From NCBI GenBank assembly GCA_051251855.1, contig JBPOGI010000001.1, forward strand, positions 544,001 through 608,000: a DNA stretch of 64,000 nt. The letters are read 5' to 3'. Under the pieces are notes generated by a model, which made no database searches, was not told the origin of the DNA, and saw only the letters and a program-made list of their open reading frames with translations. The stretch is from Roseibacillus sp. Lineage in GTDB: Bacteria > Verrucomicrobiota > Verrucomicrobiia > Verrucomicrobiales > Akkermansiaceae. The position numbers and the translations under genes are program-made. Positions 1 to 10,209 of the stretch are shown one piece after another; the stretch's first letter is position 1, and the number at the start of each line of letters is the position of its first letter.

Positions 1-2
1 TT

Positions 3-1451
3 GCGGGCACTCCGTTCGAGGTTGCTTTTGACAATGCGGTCGCCGGACTCAGTTCGGGAGAAAGCTCGACCGGCACTCTTCGTTTGACGTGGGTGGCTCT
101 GGACAACGTCACTACCGAGACGATTGATATTTTCTTAAGCGCAACCGCAGATGACTCCCTCGTGACAACGTTCACTTGGGATGGAGGAGGCTCAAACAAT
201 CGCTGGACGGTAGGTGAGAATTGGTTGGGCGATGCTTCGCCTCCGGAGCCCTTGCCTGTCGGGAATTTTACTGATGTGGTTCTCGCGGATGCCGGAAATC
301 GAGTGGTTTCGAATCTCTACAGTAACTTCACAGTTAGAAATCTGGCGGTCGATGCCTCGGTTGATGATGCTTTTACTGTGAATATTTTTCGGTCGAGCTC
401 TTATGTGAGGAGCCTGACTTTTGAGAACGATGGCAGTCCTGCGAGCTTGAGTGTCGATGCCGGCGCGGAGGGGGCTCTTCTTTTTAGCGACTTTGATACC
501 GCTGGGTCGATCCTATTGCACGATGATTTAGAGCTCGTCCACAACGGGACCGGGAATCTGACCTTTGACGTTTCGATTGCCGAGCAGACAGGGGAAGCGA
601 ATGGAGTGACCAGTTCAGGAAGTGGGAACGTGATCATGCAGGGTGTGAATACCTACACTGGCGATACTATCGTGGAGGCCGGTTCTTTGACTTTGGAGGC
701 CGGTAGTTCGCTGAGCTTCGTTCCAACTGCTGATGAGGTGAGTAACCAACTTTCGGGAGTCTCCGCTGGAACAGGGACGGTCAATTTGGCTGGTGAAATT
801 TATCTCGATCTTGAGTTGGCTGAGAGCAGTTTAGGAAATCGCTGGGTTCTGATCGACGATTCTGACCTCAATGTCGTTTATGATGCCGTCAGCTTTAGCG
901 TTAACAGCTCGGAGGGAATGTTTTCTAACAATGCTGGGATTTGGACTCTGCAGGCTGGAGAGGTAGCTTGGACTTTCACAGAGGAGACCGGAGTTTTGGA
1001 AGTCATGGGAGAGCCCTATGAGACGTGGGCTGAAGGCGCTTTCGTTCACCCGTTCACCGAGACTGAACCTTTGGCTGATTTTGATGGCGATGGTCTTGTG
1101 AACTATCTTGAATTTGTTCTCGGAGGCGATCCGACCGTTTTTGAAGCAGACATCGGTCTCTCCTTCGATGTGCAGAGTGACGACGTTGTATTTGTCTTCA
1201 ACCGATCTGATCTGTCGAAAGAGTCAGCTGCCTCTTCGGTGCGGGTAGAGGTGTCTGAGGACCTCGCGTTTATCACGCCGGGGAATGATATTCCGATTAG
1301 CGAGGTCAGTGAAGCTGGCCCAATTGGCGAACTCGAAGCCTCCTACACAGTTTCCAATGGTGATGGGTTTGACGCCGTGGTGGTCACGATACCAAGAGCT
1401 GGACTAGAACAGATTTTTGTCCGTCTCGCCGTAACTTTGCCTATTGAGTAG
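3..1451 (+). CDS. Large secreted protein, 5'-truncated, with an autotransporter-associated beta-strand (passenger-associated) repeat and a Verrucomicrobia-type C-terminal domain
   Basis: The frame is open from position 3 (AGTPFEVAFDN...), so the start lies upstream of the window. Contains WDGGGSNNRWTVGENW and a GVTSSGSGNVIMQGVNTYTGDTIVEAGSLTL repeat. C-terminal part has YETWA...DFDGDGLVNYLEFVLGGDP and ends ...QIFVRLAVT. Very acidic. Confidence 0.75.
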   Translation, partial: AGTPFEVAFDNAVAGLSSGESSTGTLRLTWVALDNVTTETIDIFLSATADDSLVTTFTWDGGGSNNRWTVGENWLGDASPPEPLPVGNFTDVVLADAGNRVVSNLYSNFTVRNLAVDASVDDAFTVNIFRSSSYVRSLTFENDGSPASLSVDAGAEGALLFSDFDTAGSILLHDDLELVHNGTGNLTFDVSIAEQTGEANGVTSSGSGNVIMQGVNTYTGDTIVEAGSLTLEAGSSLSFVPTADEVSNQLSGVSAGTGTVNLAGEIYLDLELAESSLGNRWVLIDDSDLNVVYDAVSFSVNSSEGMFSNNAGIWTLQAGEVAWTFTEETGVLEVMGEPYETWAEGAFVHPFTETEPLADFDGDGLVNYLEFVLGGDPTVFEADIGLSFDVQSDDVVFVFNRSDLSKESAASSVRVEVSEDLAFITPGNDIPISEVSEAGPIGELEASYTVSNGDGFDAVVVTIPRAGLEQIFVRLAVTLPIE

Positions 1452-1525
1452 GCCTGAGCCTCAGAAAGGGGAGAGCTTTCGCCTCTATTAAAATTCCGTG
1501 GCTAAGGTGTTTTCGAACGGATTTT

Positions 1526-1541
1526 ACCCTCTAAACAGGGG
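1526..1541. promoter_or_regulatory. Degenerate copy of the CCCCTC-N4-GAGGGA palindrome upstream of the sulfatase operon
   Basis: ACCCTC-TAAA-CAGGGG, ~92 bp upstream of ATG 1633; two mismatches to the consensus seen at 43897/47349/49730. Confidence 0.4.
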
Positions 1542-1632
1542 GTTACGTGGGGATGCCAGTGCGTGCCATACTTGTGCTATATTCCAGGACCTTAGTCCGT
1601 AAATGACTACGTAGCCTACTTTGAGAATCCTT

Positions 1633-3099
1633 ATGAAACTTGGTCAATCCATCGAAATCTTCCGCAAGTCCTTTTCGTTTTTGCAACAAATCAGTCTGCA
1701 GCGTGGGGCGAGTCTTCTGGCCTCTTGTCTTCTTTTGCCGGTAGTGGGGGCATTTGCCGAAGAACGTCCGAATATTATCTTCATCTTCGCGGATGATTGG
1801 GGATATGGCGATGTGGGGATTCATGGGAGTACCTTTTGTGAGACGCCGCATCTCGACCAAATGGCGAAGGAGGGAATGGATTTTGCCAACTTTACAGTGA
1901 ATAGCCCAGTTTGCACGCCCAGCAGAGTCGCGGTGATGACGGGGCACTTTCCAGCGCGGCACTCGATTCATCAGCATTTCCAAGGAGTAAAGGCGCACAT
2001 CAAGCGGGGGATGCCAGATTGGCTGGATGCGGAGGTGACGATGTTACCGCGTCTCTTACAAGAGTCAGGATATAAGACGGGTCACTTTGGGAAGTGGCAT
2101 TTGGGGAGTTCGGGAGATTCTCCGACCGAGGATGCTTATGGCTACGATCGGTTTGCGACCTTCAATGGTTCTGGGGAAAACGAAATTCCTAAGGAGGGGT
2201 TGGCGTCGGTGGATCATGCTGAGAAATTTATCCGTGAGTTTAAGGATGAGACTTTCTTTGTGAATCTCTGGCTGCACGAGGCTCACTTGGCGCACTATCC
2301 TCAAGAGAGATACATGGAGCATTTTAAGGACCTAGATGAGCAGAAGCAGGTCTACGCCTCTATCATTGCGGAGGGAGACGAAGGGGTGGGACGGATTCTG
2401 ACTTTGCTGAAGGAGTTGGAAATCGACGAGAATACTTTGGTTGTTTTTTCGTCTGATAATGGCCCGGAGGCGACTCGAGATGAGAACGAGAAATTGCACA
2501 ATCTCAAAAAGGCGAAGGCGAAAGGGCAGCCTCATGACGGCGGTCTCGGTGGTTATTATTCGGTGGGTGAGAGTGGGGGCTTGAAGGGGAAGAAGAGATC
2601 GCTTTTTGCGGGAGGAGTTCGGGTGCCCTTTATCGTGCGATGGCCGGGAGTCGTTCCTGCGGGGAAGACGGACAAGAAGTCGGTCGTCACCGCGGTTGAT
2701 TTGTTGCCTACTTTTTTGGAGGTAGCGGGGGTGAAGTTGCCTGAGGGCTACGAGCCGGATGGAGAAAGCGCCTATTCAGCCTTCAAAGGAGAATCTTTTC
2801 AGAGGACCAAGCCTCTCTTTTGGGAATGGCGAGGAGGAAGCGAACAGCCCGACACTTGGCCTTCGCTGAGCGTACGTGACGGCAAGTGGATGTTGTTGCT
2901 CAATAAAGATGAGAAGAAGGCTGAACTCTACGATTTGGAGGCCGATTGGGCGCAGAAGAATGATTTGGCGGCCGAGAATCCAAGGAAGGTTTCCAAGCTC
3001 ACTAAGAAGATCGATGACTGGAAAGCGAGTTTGCCCACGCAACCTAGTAAGAATGCGCTTTCGAAAGCACGTAACAAGAAGACTAAAGATGCAAAATAA
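1633..3099 (+). CDS. Cys-type sulfatase (S1 family, tentatively S1_17-like)
   Basis: PNIIFIFADDWGYGD, CTPSR formylglycine motif followed by VMTG, GKWHLG, SSDNG, GGVRVPFIVRWPG; signal peptide. ATG at 1633 is preferred over TTG 1621. Confidence 0.93.
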   Translation: MKLGQSIEIFRKSFSFLQQISLQRGASLLASCLLLPVVGAFAEERPNIIFIFADDWGYGDVGIHGSTFCETPHLDQMAKEGMDFANFTVNSPVCTPSRVAVMTGHFPARHSIHQHFQGVKAHIKRGMPDWLDAEVTMLPRLLQESGYKTGHFGKWHLGSSGDSPTEDAYGYDRFATFNGSGENEIPKEGLASVDHAEKFIREFKDETFFVNLWLHEAHLAHYPQERYMEHFKDLDEQKQVYASIIAEGDEGVGRILTLLKELEIDENTLVVFSSDNGPEATRDENEKLHNLKKAKAKGQPHDGGLGGYYSVGESGGLKGKKRSLFAGGVRVPFIVRWPGVVPAGKTDKKSVVTAVDLLPTFLEVAGVKLPEGYEPDGESAYSAFKGESFQRTKPLFWEWRGGSEQPDTWPSLSVRDGKWMLLLNKDEKKAELYDLEADWAQKNDLAAENPRKVSKLTKKIDDWKASLPTQPSKNALSKARNKKTKDAK

Positions 3100-4585
3100 T
3101 CGAATTGTTGGAAACGTTATAGCCCTAGCACTTGTCGTTGGAGGTGAAATTACCTCTTTGGTTGCTGCTGAGTCCTTGAAGGGGTCAAAGCCCAATATCA
3201 TTCTCGTGATGACTGATGACCAAGGGATGGGCGACCTTTCCTGTATGGGCAACGAGGTGGTGAGGACTCCGAAGATTGATGCCTTCTTTGAAAAGGCGAC
3301 ACGTTTCACGGATTTTCAGGTGAGTCCTACATGTGCGCCGACGCGAGCGGCGATGATGAGCGGTCGAGTGGCCTTTAAGAATGGAGTGACCCATACCATC
3401 ATGCAGCGCGAGCGTATGGCGTTGGATACCTTTACTTTGCCACAGGCGCTCAAGACCGCTGGGTATGGAACTGGGATTTTTGGAAAGTGGCATCTTGGCG
3501 ACGAGGATGAGTATCTCCCGGGTAGCCGAGGCTTTGATGAAGTGTTGATTCATGGCTCAGGTGGGATTGGGCAGGTGCCTCTGGGGGACTTTCCTCCGAA
3601 TAAGGAGAACCTCTATTTCGACAATGTCCTGCTGCACAATGAGACGATCGTGAAGACGAAGGGCTACTGCACCGATTTGTTCTTTAAAGAAGCAATGGGA
3701 TGGGTTTGGAAGCAGCATGAAGCAAAGAAGCCTTACTTTGCCTACATCTCTTTGAATGCTCCTCATGCTCCCTTGGTGGCTCCTGAGAAATATACCCAAC
3801 GCTTTATTGACCTCGGATACGACAAGGGAACAGCTGGCCGCTATGGGATGGTGGAGAACATCGATGACAACTTTGGACTCTTGATGGACAAGTTGACTCA
3901 ATGGGAGGCGTTGGAGAATACCCTTGTGATCTTTATGACCGACAATGGAGCGACCCACCTCAGTGGAAAGCTCAATGGCAAAAAATTGAGGCACTTTAAT
4001 GCGAACTTGCGGGGCGGTAAGAACTCACCTTTTGAGGGCGGTTCTCATGTGCCTGCCTTTTGGCAATGGAAAGGGGTTTTGGATGAAGGAGTAGATATCG
4101 AGGCGCTCACCGCTCATATTGACCTCTATCCTACGTTTATAGAACTCGCGGGGGCGGAGCTTTCCGAGGAAATTCAGGAGATGGATGGCCGTTCTCTGCT
4201 TCCGCTGTTAGAAGACCCAAAGGCGGAGTGGGCGGACCGAGAACTCTTCTTTCATTGCGGGCGTTGGAATTCAGGCAAGCGCGAGGCGGCCAAGTTTGCC
4301 AAGTGTGCGGTGCGCACTGAGCAGTGGCGTTTGGTGAACAATAAGATGCTCTTTGATATCTCCAAGGACCCGAGTGAGACCACGGACATTTTTGCTGAGA
4401 ATCCTGAGGTAGTGGCGAAGCTTCAGAAGTCCTATGACGCTTGGTGGGAGTCCACCCTTCCGTTGATGGTGAATGAAGGGTTACCTAGGGTGGCCGCTGA
4501 AGACCAATCGCTTTCGATTCGTTACTACAAGCAGCTCGAGGAAAAGGGGATTCCGGACTATGAGCCTCATCTAGAAACTCCCTGA
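3089..4585 (+). CDS. Cys-type arylsulfatase
   Basis: PNIILVMTDDQG, CAPTR motif, GKWHLG, MTDNG. The ATG at 3089 overlaps the upstream stop by 11 bp; the ORF-track start at 2876 lies inside the previous gene. Confidence 0.93.
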   Translation: MQNNRIVGNVIALALVVGGEITSLVAAESLKGSKPNIILVMTDDQGMGDLSCMGNEVVRTPKIDAFFEKATRFTDFQVSPTCAPTRAAMMSGRVAFKNGVTHTIMQRERMALDTFTLPQALKTAGYGTGIFGKWHLGDEDEYLPGSRGFDEVLIHGSGGIGQVPLGDFPPNKENLYFDNVLLHNETIVKTKGYCTDLFFKEAMGWVWKQHEAKKPYFAYISLNAPHAPLVAPEKYTQRFIDLGYDKGTAGRYGMVENIDDNFGLLMDKLTQWEALENTLVIFMTDNGATHLSGKLNGKKLRHFNANLRGGKNSPFEGGSHVPAFWQWKGVLDEGVDIEALTAHIDLYPTFIELAGAELSEEIQEMDGRSLLPLLEDPKAEWADRELFFHCGRWNSGKREAAKFAKCAVRTEQWRLVNNKMLFDISKDPSETTDIFAENPEVVAKLQKSYDAWWESTLPLMVNEGLPRVAAEDQSLSIRYYKQLEEKGIPDYEPHLETP

Positions 4586-4598
4586 GACAGAAAATTAG

Positions 4599-6767
4599 AT
4601 GAAGATAATTCTCACGGTAATCTTGATCTTGGCCGCTTTTTGCAGCTGTCATGGAGCTTCACCACGCGTTGATTTTTATCTGTCACCCAACGGCTCGGAT
4701 GATTGGTCGGGGACACGTGCTGAACCAAATCAACAGAGGACTGACGGACCCTTCGCTACTTTGGAGCGCGCTCGCGATGCCGTGAGGGTTTTGAAGAGGA
4801 GCAAAAGGAGAGACCTTCGGGTGCAAGTGAGAGGAGGGAACTATTCTCTGGAAAAGACAGTTGTCTTTGAACTCCAAGACTCGGGACGTGGAGAGGCAAA
4901 AGTCATCTACGAAGCATATCCTAACGAGAAGCCCATCTTTGATTCAGGACAGCCCATCACAAACTGGCGAAAGGTTACCACTACAATTCCGGGATTGCCT
5001 GAAAACGCTCAAGGGAAGGTCTGGGAAGCCGACGTTTCGAAGCAGTTTTTTACGCTGTATGATGAAGAGGGAATGCTACCGCGGGCGCGGTCGAAGGGAT
5101 TCATTCCGCTCAAAGGAAGCACTCGGGACCGTGTTATTTTTCCAAAGGGGATGTTGAAGGGGTGGGCCAACCTCAAGGACGTGGAAATTGTGGTGCGTCC
5201 GAACCATGCTTGGATCGTAAATATTCTTCCTGTCGTTTCAGTGGATGAAGAGAAGCAGCGAGCTGAATTGTCTGTGGAGTCTACCTATGTGATGTCTGAA
5301 CTTCATTTCTTAAAAGGGACAGAGTCTTGCTGGGTTGAAAACGTGGTGGAGGCCATTGATGAGCCTGGGGAGTGGGCTCTCAATACGGATGCGGGTAAAG
5401 TCTACCTATGGCCGCGTAATGATTCACCTCCAGTTCGAGTCTCTGCCCCTCGTCTGATGGAGTATATCAGGGTGGAAGGTCGTATCGACAAAGAGGGACC
5501 GAAGGATGCTCCCGTGAAAAACCTCTCCTTCCGAGGACTGACTTTCATCAATGGTGAACGCTATTCCATGAGAGCTGACGATGCTGGGCTTCAGCACGAT
5601 TGGGACTTTCACGACAAGGGCAATGCTTTGCTTCGCCTACGAGGAACGGAGAACTGCGCTGTGGAGAAGTGCCACTTTGCTCATAGCGGGGGCGGCGCTA
5701 TTCGAGTGGATCTACACGGACAGAAGAACATGATTTCGGGCAATGTTATCGAGCACATGGGCGGTACGGGAATTCTGCTTTGTGGTTATGGTCCTGGAAC
5801 GAAGGATGTGAATCACGATAATGTCGTATACAATAATCATATTCACCATCCGGGGCAGATTTATGCTCACTCGCCGGGTATTATGATTTGGCAGAGTGGT
5901 AAGAATCGAGTGGCGAATAATCTGGTGCATCATACTCCTTACACCGCGATTATTCTTTCAGGATGTGTCACCGAATTTTTCAAAAAAGATAAGGGGCGGG
6001 AAGTCGGCAGAACTATTCGGAGGCATGAGGTTCACAAGCTTCCAAAGGGCTATGGTTTGGAGGATGTGCGGCCCTACTTGCACACCAAAAGTAACCTTAT
6101 TGAGCTGAACGAGATTCATCATGCCATGGAGAAACTAGGCGATGGCAACGGGATCTATATTCGTGGCGCAGGGGCGGGGAACGTGATTCGGAAAAACTAC
6201 ATTCATCATCTTGTTGCCCCCATGATTATGCAGGCCGCAATCCGAACTGATGGCGGGCAGAAGGATACTTTGATTGCGGAGAATCTCATCTACAAATGCA
6301 CTTCTCAGGGAATTTTGATAAAGCTCAATAATCGTTGCGAGAACAACATCGTTGCGGACATCATCGCTCCACCTAGAGGTTACTATCTTTCGCTGCGCGA
6401 AGGGCCCATGGATGGCGCGACGATCCAGCGGAACATTCTTTACTCTTCGGGGACTGAAGTGACCTTTATGGATGAGTTGAACGCTCGGAAAAAGAATCCC
6501 TCGGAAGATCGACGGGGACGGGAAATCGCGCGGGCAAAGGACGCAGATACGGATTATAACCTCTATTTTTGCGCAGCTGATCCGACACTAAGTGATGAAT
6601 GGTTGCGTTCCCAAGTGGCTTTGGGGATGGACGAACATAGCTTGGCGACCGATCCGCTTTTTGTGGATGCGGACAATGGTGACTTTCGGTTTCAACCCGA
6701 TTCACCCGCACACAAGCTTGGGATCGTGCCAATTGACCTCACCCAAATCGGCTTAAGGGAGGAATGA
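4599..6767 (+). CDS. Right-handed parallel beta-helix protein, GH141-like (putative alpha-L-fucosidase/fucanase)
   Basis: Signal peptide; N-terminal DFYLSPNGSDDWSG...DGPFATLERARDAVR; ENVVEAIDEPGEW; repeated N-x-I-x-x-N-x-I-H-H beta-helix turns; C-terminal DPLFVD...GDFRF...SPA. Confidence 0.75.
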   Translation: MKIILTVILILAAFCSCHGASPRVDFYLSPNGSDDWSGTRAEPNQQRTDGPFATLERARDAVRVLKRSKRRDLRVQVRGGNYSLEKTVVFELQDSGRGEAKVIYEAYPNEKPIFDSGQPITNWRKVTTTIPGLPENAQGKVWEADVSKQFFTLYDEEGMLPRARSKGFIPLKGSTRDRVIFPKGMLKGWANLKDVEIVVRPNHAWIVNILPVVSVDEEKQRAELSVESTYVMSELHFLKGTESCWVENVVEAIDEPGEWALNTDAGKVYLWPRNDSPPVRVSAPRLMEYIRVEGRIDKEGPKDAPVKNLSFRGLTFINGERYSMRADDAGLQHDWDFHDKGNALLRLRGTENCAVEKCHFAHSGGGAIRVDLHGQKNMISGNVIEHMGGTGILLCGYGPGTKDVNHDNVVYNNHIHHPGQIYAHSPGIMIWQSGKNRVANNLVHHTPYTAIILSGCVTEFFKKDKGREVGRTIRRHEVHKLPKGYGLEDVRPYLHTKSNLIELNEIHHAMEKLGDGNGIYIRGAGAGNVIRKNYIHHLVAPMIMQAAIRTDGGQKDTLIAENLIYKCTSQGILIKLNNRCENNIVADIIAPPRGYYLSLREGPMDGATIQRNILYSSGTEVTFMDELNARKKNPSEDRRGREIARAKDADTDYNLYFCAADPTLSDEWLRSQVALGMDEHSLATDPLFVDADNGDFRFQPDSPAHKLGIVPIDLTQIGLREE

Positions 6768-6778
6768 ACTGAGTTCGC

Positions 6779-9700
6779 ATGAGAGGTAAGAAAAATAGAG
6801 TAAGAGGAGTAGATCGGGACCGGGCCGGATTTTCGCTCATCGTAACGGTGACGGTGATGATTCTCCTCAGCCTGATCGCAGTCGGTTTACTTTCACTTTC
6901 GACCACGGTTTTGCGCAGCGCTACAAGTGACCGAGATAGGCAGCTGGCTCGTAGTAATGCGCGTTTGGCATTGATGTTGGCGATGGGTGAACTCCAAAAA
7001 TACGCAGGCCCGGATACACGCATCACGGCTCCTTCTGAATCGCTGGCGGGGGTCAATGGTTCACGCTTCGTCACGGGTGCTTGGCGGTCTTGGGAAGGAG
7101 AGGACCATGATCCTCGGACAGGTCAGCCTCTTCAGCCCGACTATGATTCAAAGGTGGAACCATACGATTCGGATAATTCGCTCGATGGACGCTTCCTAGG
7201 ATGGTTGCTCTCTGGGCCGGAGCAGGGAAACGGTGCGGAGTCACCGCCAAAGGTATCGGCCTCTGGTAAGTCGATTCCGATTCTCGGTCCGGGAACCCTT
7301 GGAAAGGGAACGGGCAAGGAAGTTCATCTAGAGCCAACGACTGTTGGTGAAGAGGGGGCCTACGCTTGGTGGGTGGAAGGGGAGAATGTGAAGTCTCTGA
7401 TCACTCATGATGGGGAAGAACTAGAAGAGGTTGAGGAATGGGCTGGGAGGTTGGCTTCGTATGGCCAGCCTCGTGTGGAGTCCTTCGGTCTCGCGGATTC
7501 AGTAGATTTGGCGAGTTCACCCAGCCGCAAGACTCTTGACCTAGCCGACAGCGGGGATGAAGAGGGGGGTGATGAAGGGAAGTCCGAAGGGGTGGGGAAA
7601 TACTTTCATGAACTCTCTGTTAGGAGTCGGGGCCTACTCACCAACTCGGCCAATGGTGGCTGGCGCCGAGACTTATCTCTTCTCACCGAGCAATGGCTGG
7701 ACGTCAAGGAGAGCCTTCAAGGGCCAGGAGGAACTGGACTATTTACATTGGCTCCGGGAGTGGAAGCGCCCATGAGCACTGCTGGTCTGATCTATCCTTG
7801 GGGGATGGAACAGGATTACTTGGTGATTGGAAGCGAGAAAAACAACAATATTTCGGAGGAGGGAGGCCCCTCTTCGAGTTGGGATGCCTTGGTTGATTTT
7901 GCGGGCCAATATAAAGAGGCTCAAGGTGGCGCTGGCGTGAGCTCGTTCTCGATTCGGCAGGGTGGGAGGGACGAGGTCGCACGACGGCCCATCATTACCC
8001 GCTTCCATTGGGTGTATTCCTTTGGTTCAGAGAGGCAAGGTGACGGCCAGTATCGAGCCTTTCTGAACGTCAACCCTGTCTTTACTTTTTGGAATCCCTA
8101 CAATGTAGAGATTGAGGACTTTGATCCTTTTGACATCCGCATTACTGAACCAATGCCCTATGGCCTCAGATTTAAAGTTGGGAACACAGTGCAGAATGCG
8201 TTCTTTCCTTTGGATAAACTGGCGAGAGATGGGGAGTTGACGATGAAGATCCAAGGTGCGGGTGGGGAACCTTGGCAGCCGGGAGAAGCTCGTCTCTATA
8301 GCGCGACTAGAGCTCTTGCGGCTAAAATAATACGAATGGAACGAGGCTTTCGAACGGACACGGGATTGAGGATACCGCTCTTTCGAAGTTATGAATCTAT
8401 TGCGGCAGGTAAATTTAAAGGAGTCGATGAACTCGTTGGAGCGGGAGCTGACCGGTTCTCCGTTGAAGTGCAAAAGTATGACGATGCTAAGTTCACCATC
8501 GAGTGCTACAAGGTGGGTGGCCATGAGATGAGCATGGAGATGCTCTATGTCCTGCCGCAGGACCTTACCGACTCCTTTTGGCCTGCCTTGGAAATCGTCA
8601 ATGATAGCGTAACCCTGAGGGATGTCGATGGAGGAGTCGATGGAGGCTCACCGTTTTTGGTCTCGATTATGCAGCACCGAGGAGTCTTTATTGAGTCGGA
8701 CAGGGAGTCGACAAGCACTCGTGGTTACTCGGACAATAAGTTCTTTGTGAATTTCACGAGTCCAAATACCTATAAAACGAATTACACACCGGAGAATTAC
8801 CCCGACGGATTCCCCTACGATTGGCTCTTCTTCACTCCCAACGATATTATCGATACCGAGGGGATGCCTCAGGCTGCGGGAAGTGATACTGATATTGGTT
8901 ACGTGGGAACGGGCTTTCGAGCGGATACAGGGTTGACCAGTTTAGTGACAGCCGAGTTGCCTTCTCGTCCTCTGAGTTCTCTGGGGGAGTTACAGCACTT
9001 TGATATTAGTAGCCATAACCCCTTCCCACCCTATACGTCGAATGCCGTTGGGAATAGTAGTGCCACCTTTGCGATAGCTCCAGACAAGGTCTATTCTGAA
9101 GAGGGAGCTCCGGAGGAACTGAGAACGGGATTCGATCATAGCTACGTTTCTAACCATCTTTTCTTCGATGATTGGTTCGTCTCTTCGATTGCCCCAGATG
9201 TTGTGGAGTCGCGCACCACCAAAGATGTCTACAATGAGTTCCTTACGGGAGAGAGGGACTTGCCCAATCACCTTTACCGTCCCGCCGAGGTTCAATCTTC
9301 GGCGAAGGCCAAGGAGAAGTCCGATGGATTGTTAGGAGATGACAAGGCTTGGGCTCAGATCGCTTCGGAGCTTGAGGTCGAGGGGATGTTCAATGTGAAC
9401 TCTACTTCCGTGGAGGCATGGTCTGCCCTGCTCAAGCACTTGCAGAATGCGAGTGTTCCTCAGATTGTGAATGAGGAAGACTCTTGGTCGATTGAGTTGG
9501 GGGAGGAAGAGGATCACCCGGTTACACGGACGACGATCACCGGAGACGCCAATGGACAGATCGATACTGACATCAGCCAGCTGGCCAGCCCGAGTCGCTT
9601 CACTGACCAGCAGATTGATGCGCTCGCTGAGGAGATCGTCCTACAGGTGAAAGAGAGAGGGCCGTTCCTCTCTCTTTCTGAGTTTGTAAACCGGAGGCTG

Positions 9701-10192
9701 ACGACTGAAGAAGACGCTAACCCCTTAGGGCTAGCTGGGGCGATAGAGACGGCTCTCGTAAGGCTTTCCGACAGACCTGAAGAAGAGAACCCTTTTAACG
9801 ATCTACAAGAGTTCTTTACGGCAAGGGTTAATGAGACGGTAGCAGTGGATCGCCCGTTTAATGAGGCTGCGCAGGGCTATCGGGCCTACGGTTTTCCTGG
9901 ATGGGCTCGCCAAGCAGATATCCTTAGGCCCCTAGCTCCTATTCTTTCGGTTCGCGATGATACCTTTGTGATTCGCGCCTATGGTGAGAGTCGGGACTCC
10001 TCAACTGGAACGGTTATGGCGCAAGCTTGGTGCGAGGCCGTGGTGCAACGTCGGGCAGATTATCTTGACCCAAACGCTGATGAGGCCACGGTTCTCCCTA
10101 GTGAGGAGACCTTGAATTCGAAGGTCAATCAGCGCTTTGGTCGTCGTTTTTCCATGGTCTCCTTCCGATGGTTAGCTCCAGGTGAGGTCTAA
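6779..10192 (+). CDS. Large PilX/GspK-like prepilin-type protein (Verrucomicrobia family resembling Verru_Chthon cassette protein A)
   Basis: Basic leader then G|FSLIVTVTVMILLSLIAVGLLSLS (class III signal, no Glu at +5); ARSNARLALMLAMGELQKYAGPDTRITA; FNVNSTSVEAW; RGPFLSLSEFVNR; C-terminal DILRPLAPILSVRDDTFVIRAYG...CEAVVQR...FGRRF. Confidence 0.75.
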   Translation: MRGKKNRVRGVDRDRAGFSLIVTVTVMILLSLIAVGLLSLSTTVLRSATSDRDRQLARSNARLALMLAMGELQKYAGPDTRITAPSESLAGVNGSRFVTGAWRSWEGEDHDPRTGQPLQPDYDSKVEPYDSDNSLDGRFLGWLLSGPEQGNGAESPPKVSASGKSIPILGPGTLGKGTGKEVHLEPTTVGEEGAYAWWVEGENVKSLITHDGEELEEVEEWAGRLASYGQPRVESFGLADSVDLASSPSRKTLDLADSGDEEGGDEGKSEGVGKYFHELSVRSRGLLTNSANGGWRRDLSLLTEQWLDVKESLQGPGGTGLFTLAPGVEAPMSTAGLIYPWGMEQDYLVIGSEKNNNISEEGGPSSSWDALVDFAGQYKEAQGGAGVSSFSIRQGGRDEVARRPIITRFHWVYSFGSERQGDGQYRAFLNVNPVFTFWNPYNVEIEDFDPFDIRITEPMPYGLRFKVGNTVQNAFFPLDKLARDGELTMKIQGAGGEPWQPGEARLYSATRALAAKIIRMERGFRTDTGLRIPLFRSYESIAAGKFKGVDELVGAGADRFSVEVQKYDDAKFTIECYKVGGHEMSMEMLYVLPQDLTDSFWPALEIVNDSVTLRDVDGGVDGGSPFLVSIMQHRGVFIESDRESTSTRGYSDNKFFVNFTSPNTYKTNYTPENYPDGFPYDWLFFTPNDIIDTEGMPQAAGSDTDIGYVGTGFRADTGLTSLVTAELPSRPLSSLGELQHFDISSHNPFPPYTSNAVGNSSATFAIAPDKVYSEEGAPEELRTGFDHSYVSNHLFFDDWFVSSIAPDVVESRTTKDVYNEFLTGERDLPNHLYRPAEVQSSAKAKEKSDGLLGDDKAWAQIASELEVEGMFNVNSTSVEAWSALLKHLQNASVPQIVNEEDSWSIELGEEEDHPVTRTTITGDANGQIDTDISQLASPSRFTDQQIDALAEEIVLQVKERGPFLSLSEFVNRRLTTEEDANPLGLAGAIETALVRLSDRPEEENPFNDLQEFFTARVNETVAVDRPFNEAAQGYRAYGFPGWARQADILRPLAPILSVRDDTFVIRAYGESRDSSTGTVMAQAWCEAVVQRRADYLDPNADEATVLPSEETLNSKVNQRFGRRFSMVSFRWLAPGEV

Positions 10193-10209
10193 ACCTATTC
10201 AATGATAAA

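Noticed and set aside
2876..3088. ORF-track N-terminal extension of the second sulfatase (similarly 10838, 13676, 15100, 21756, 29322, 38595, 49792, 54742, 58317)
   Set aside because: The extensions overlap upstream genes or promoter motifs; downstream starts give proper signal peptides or family N-termini.
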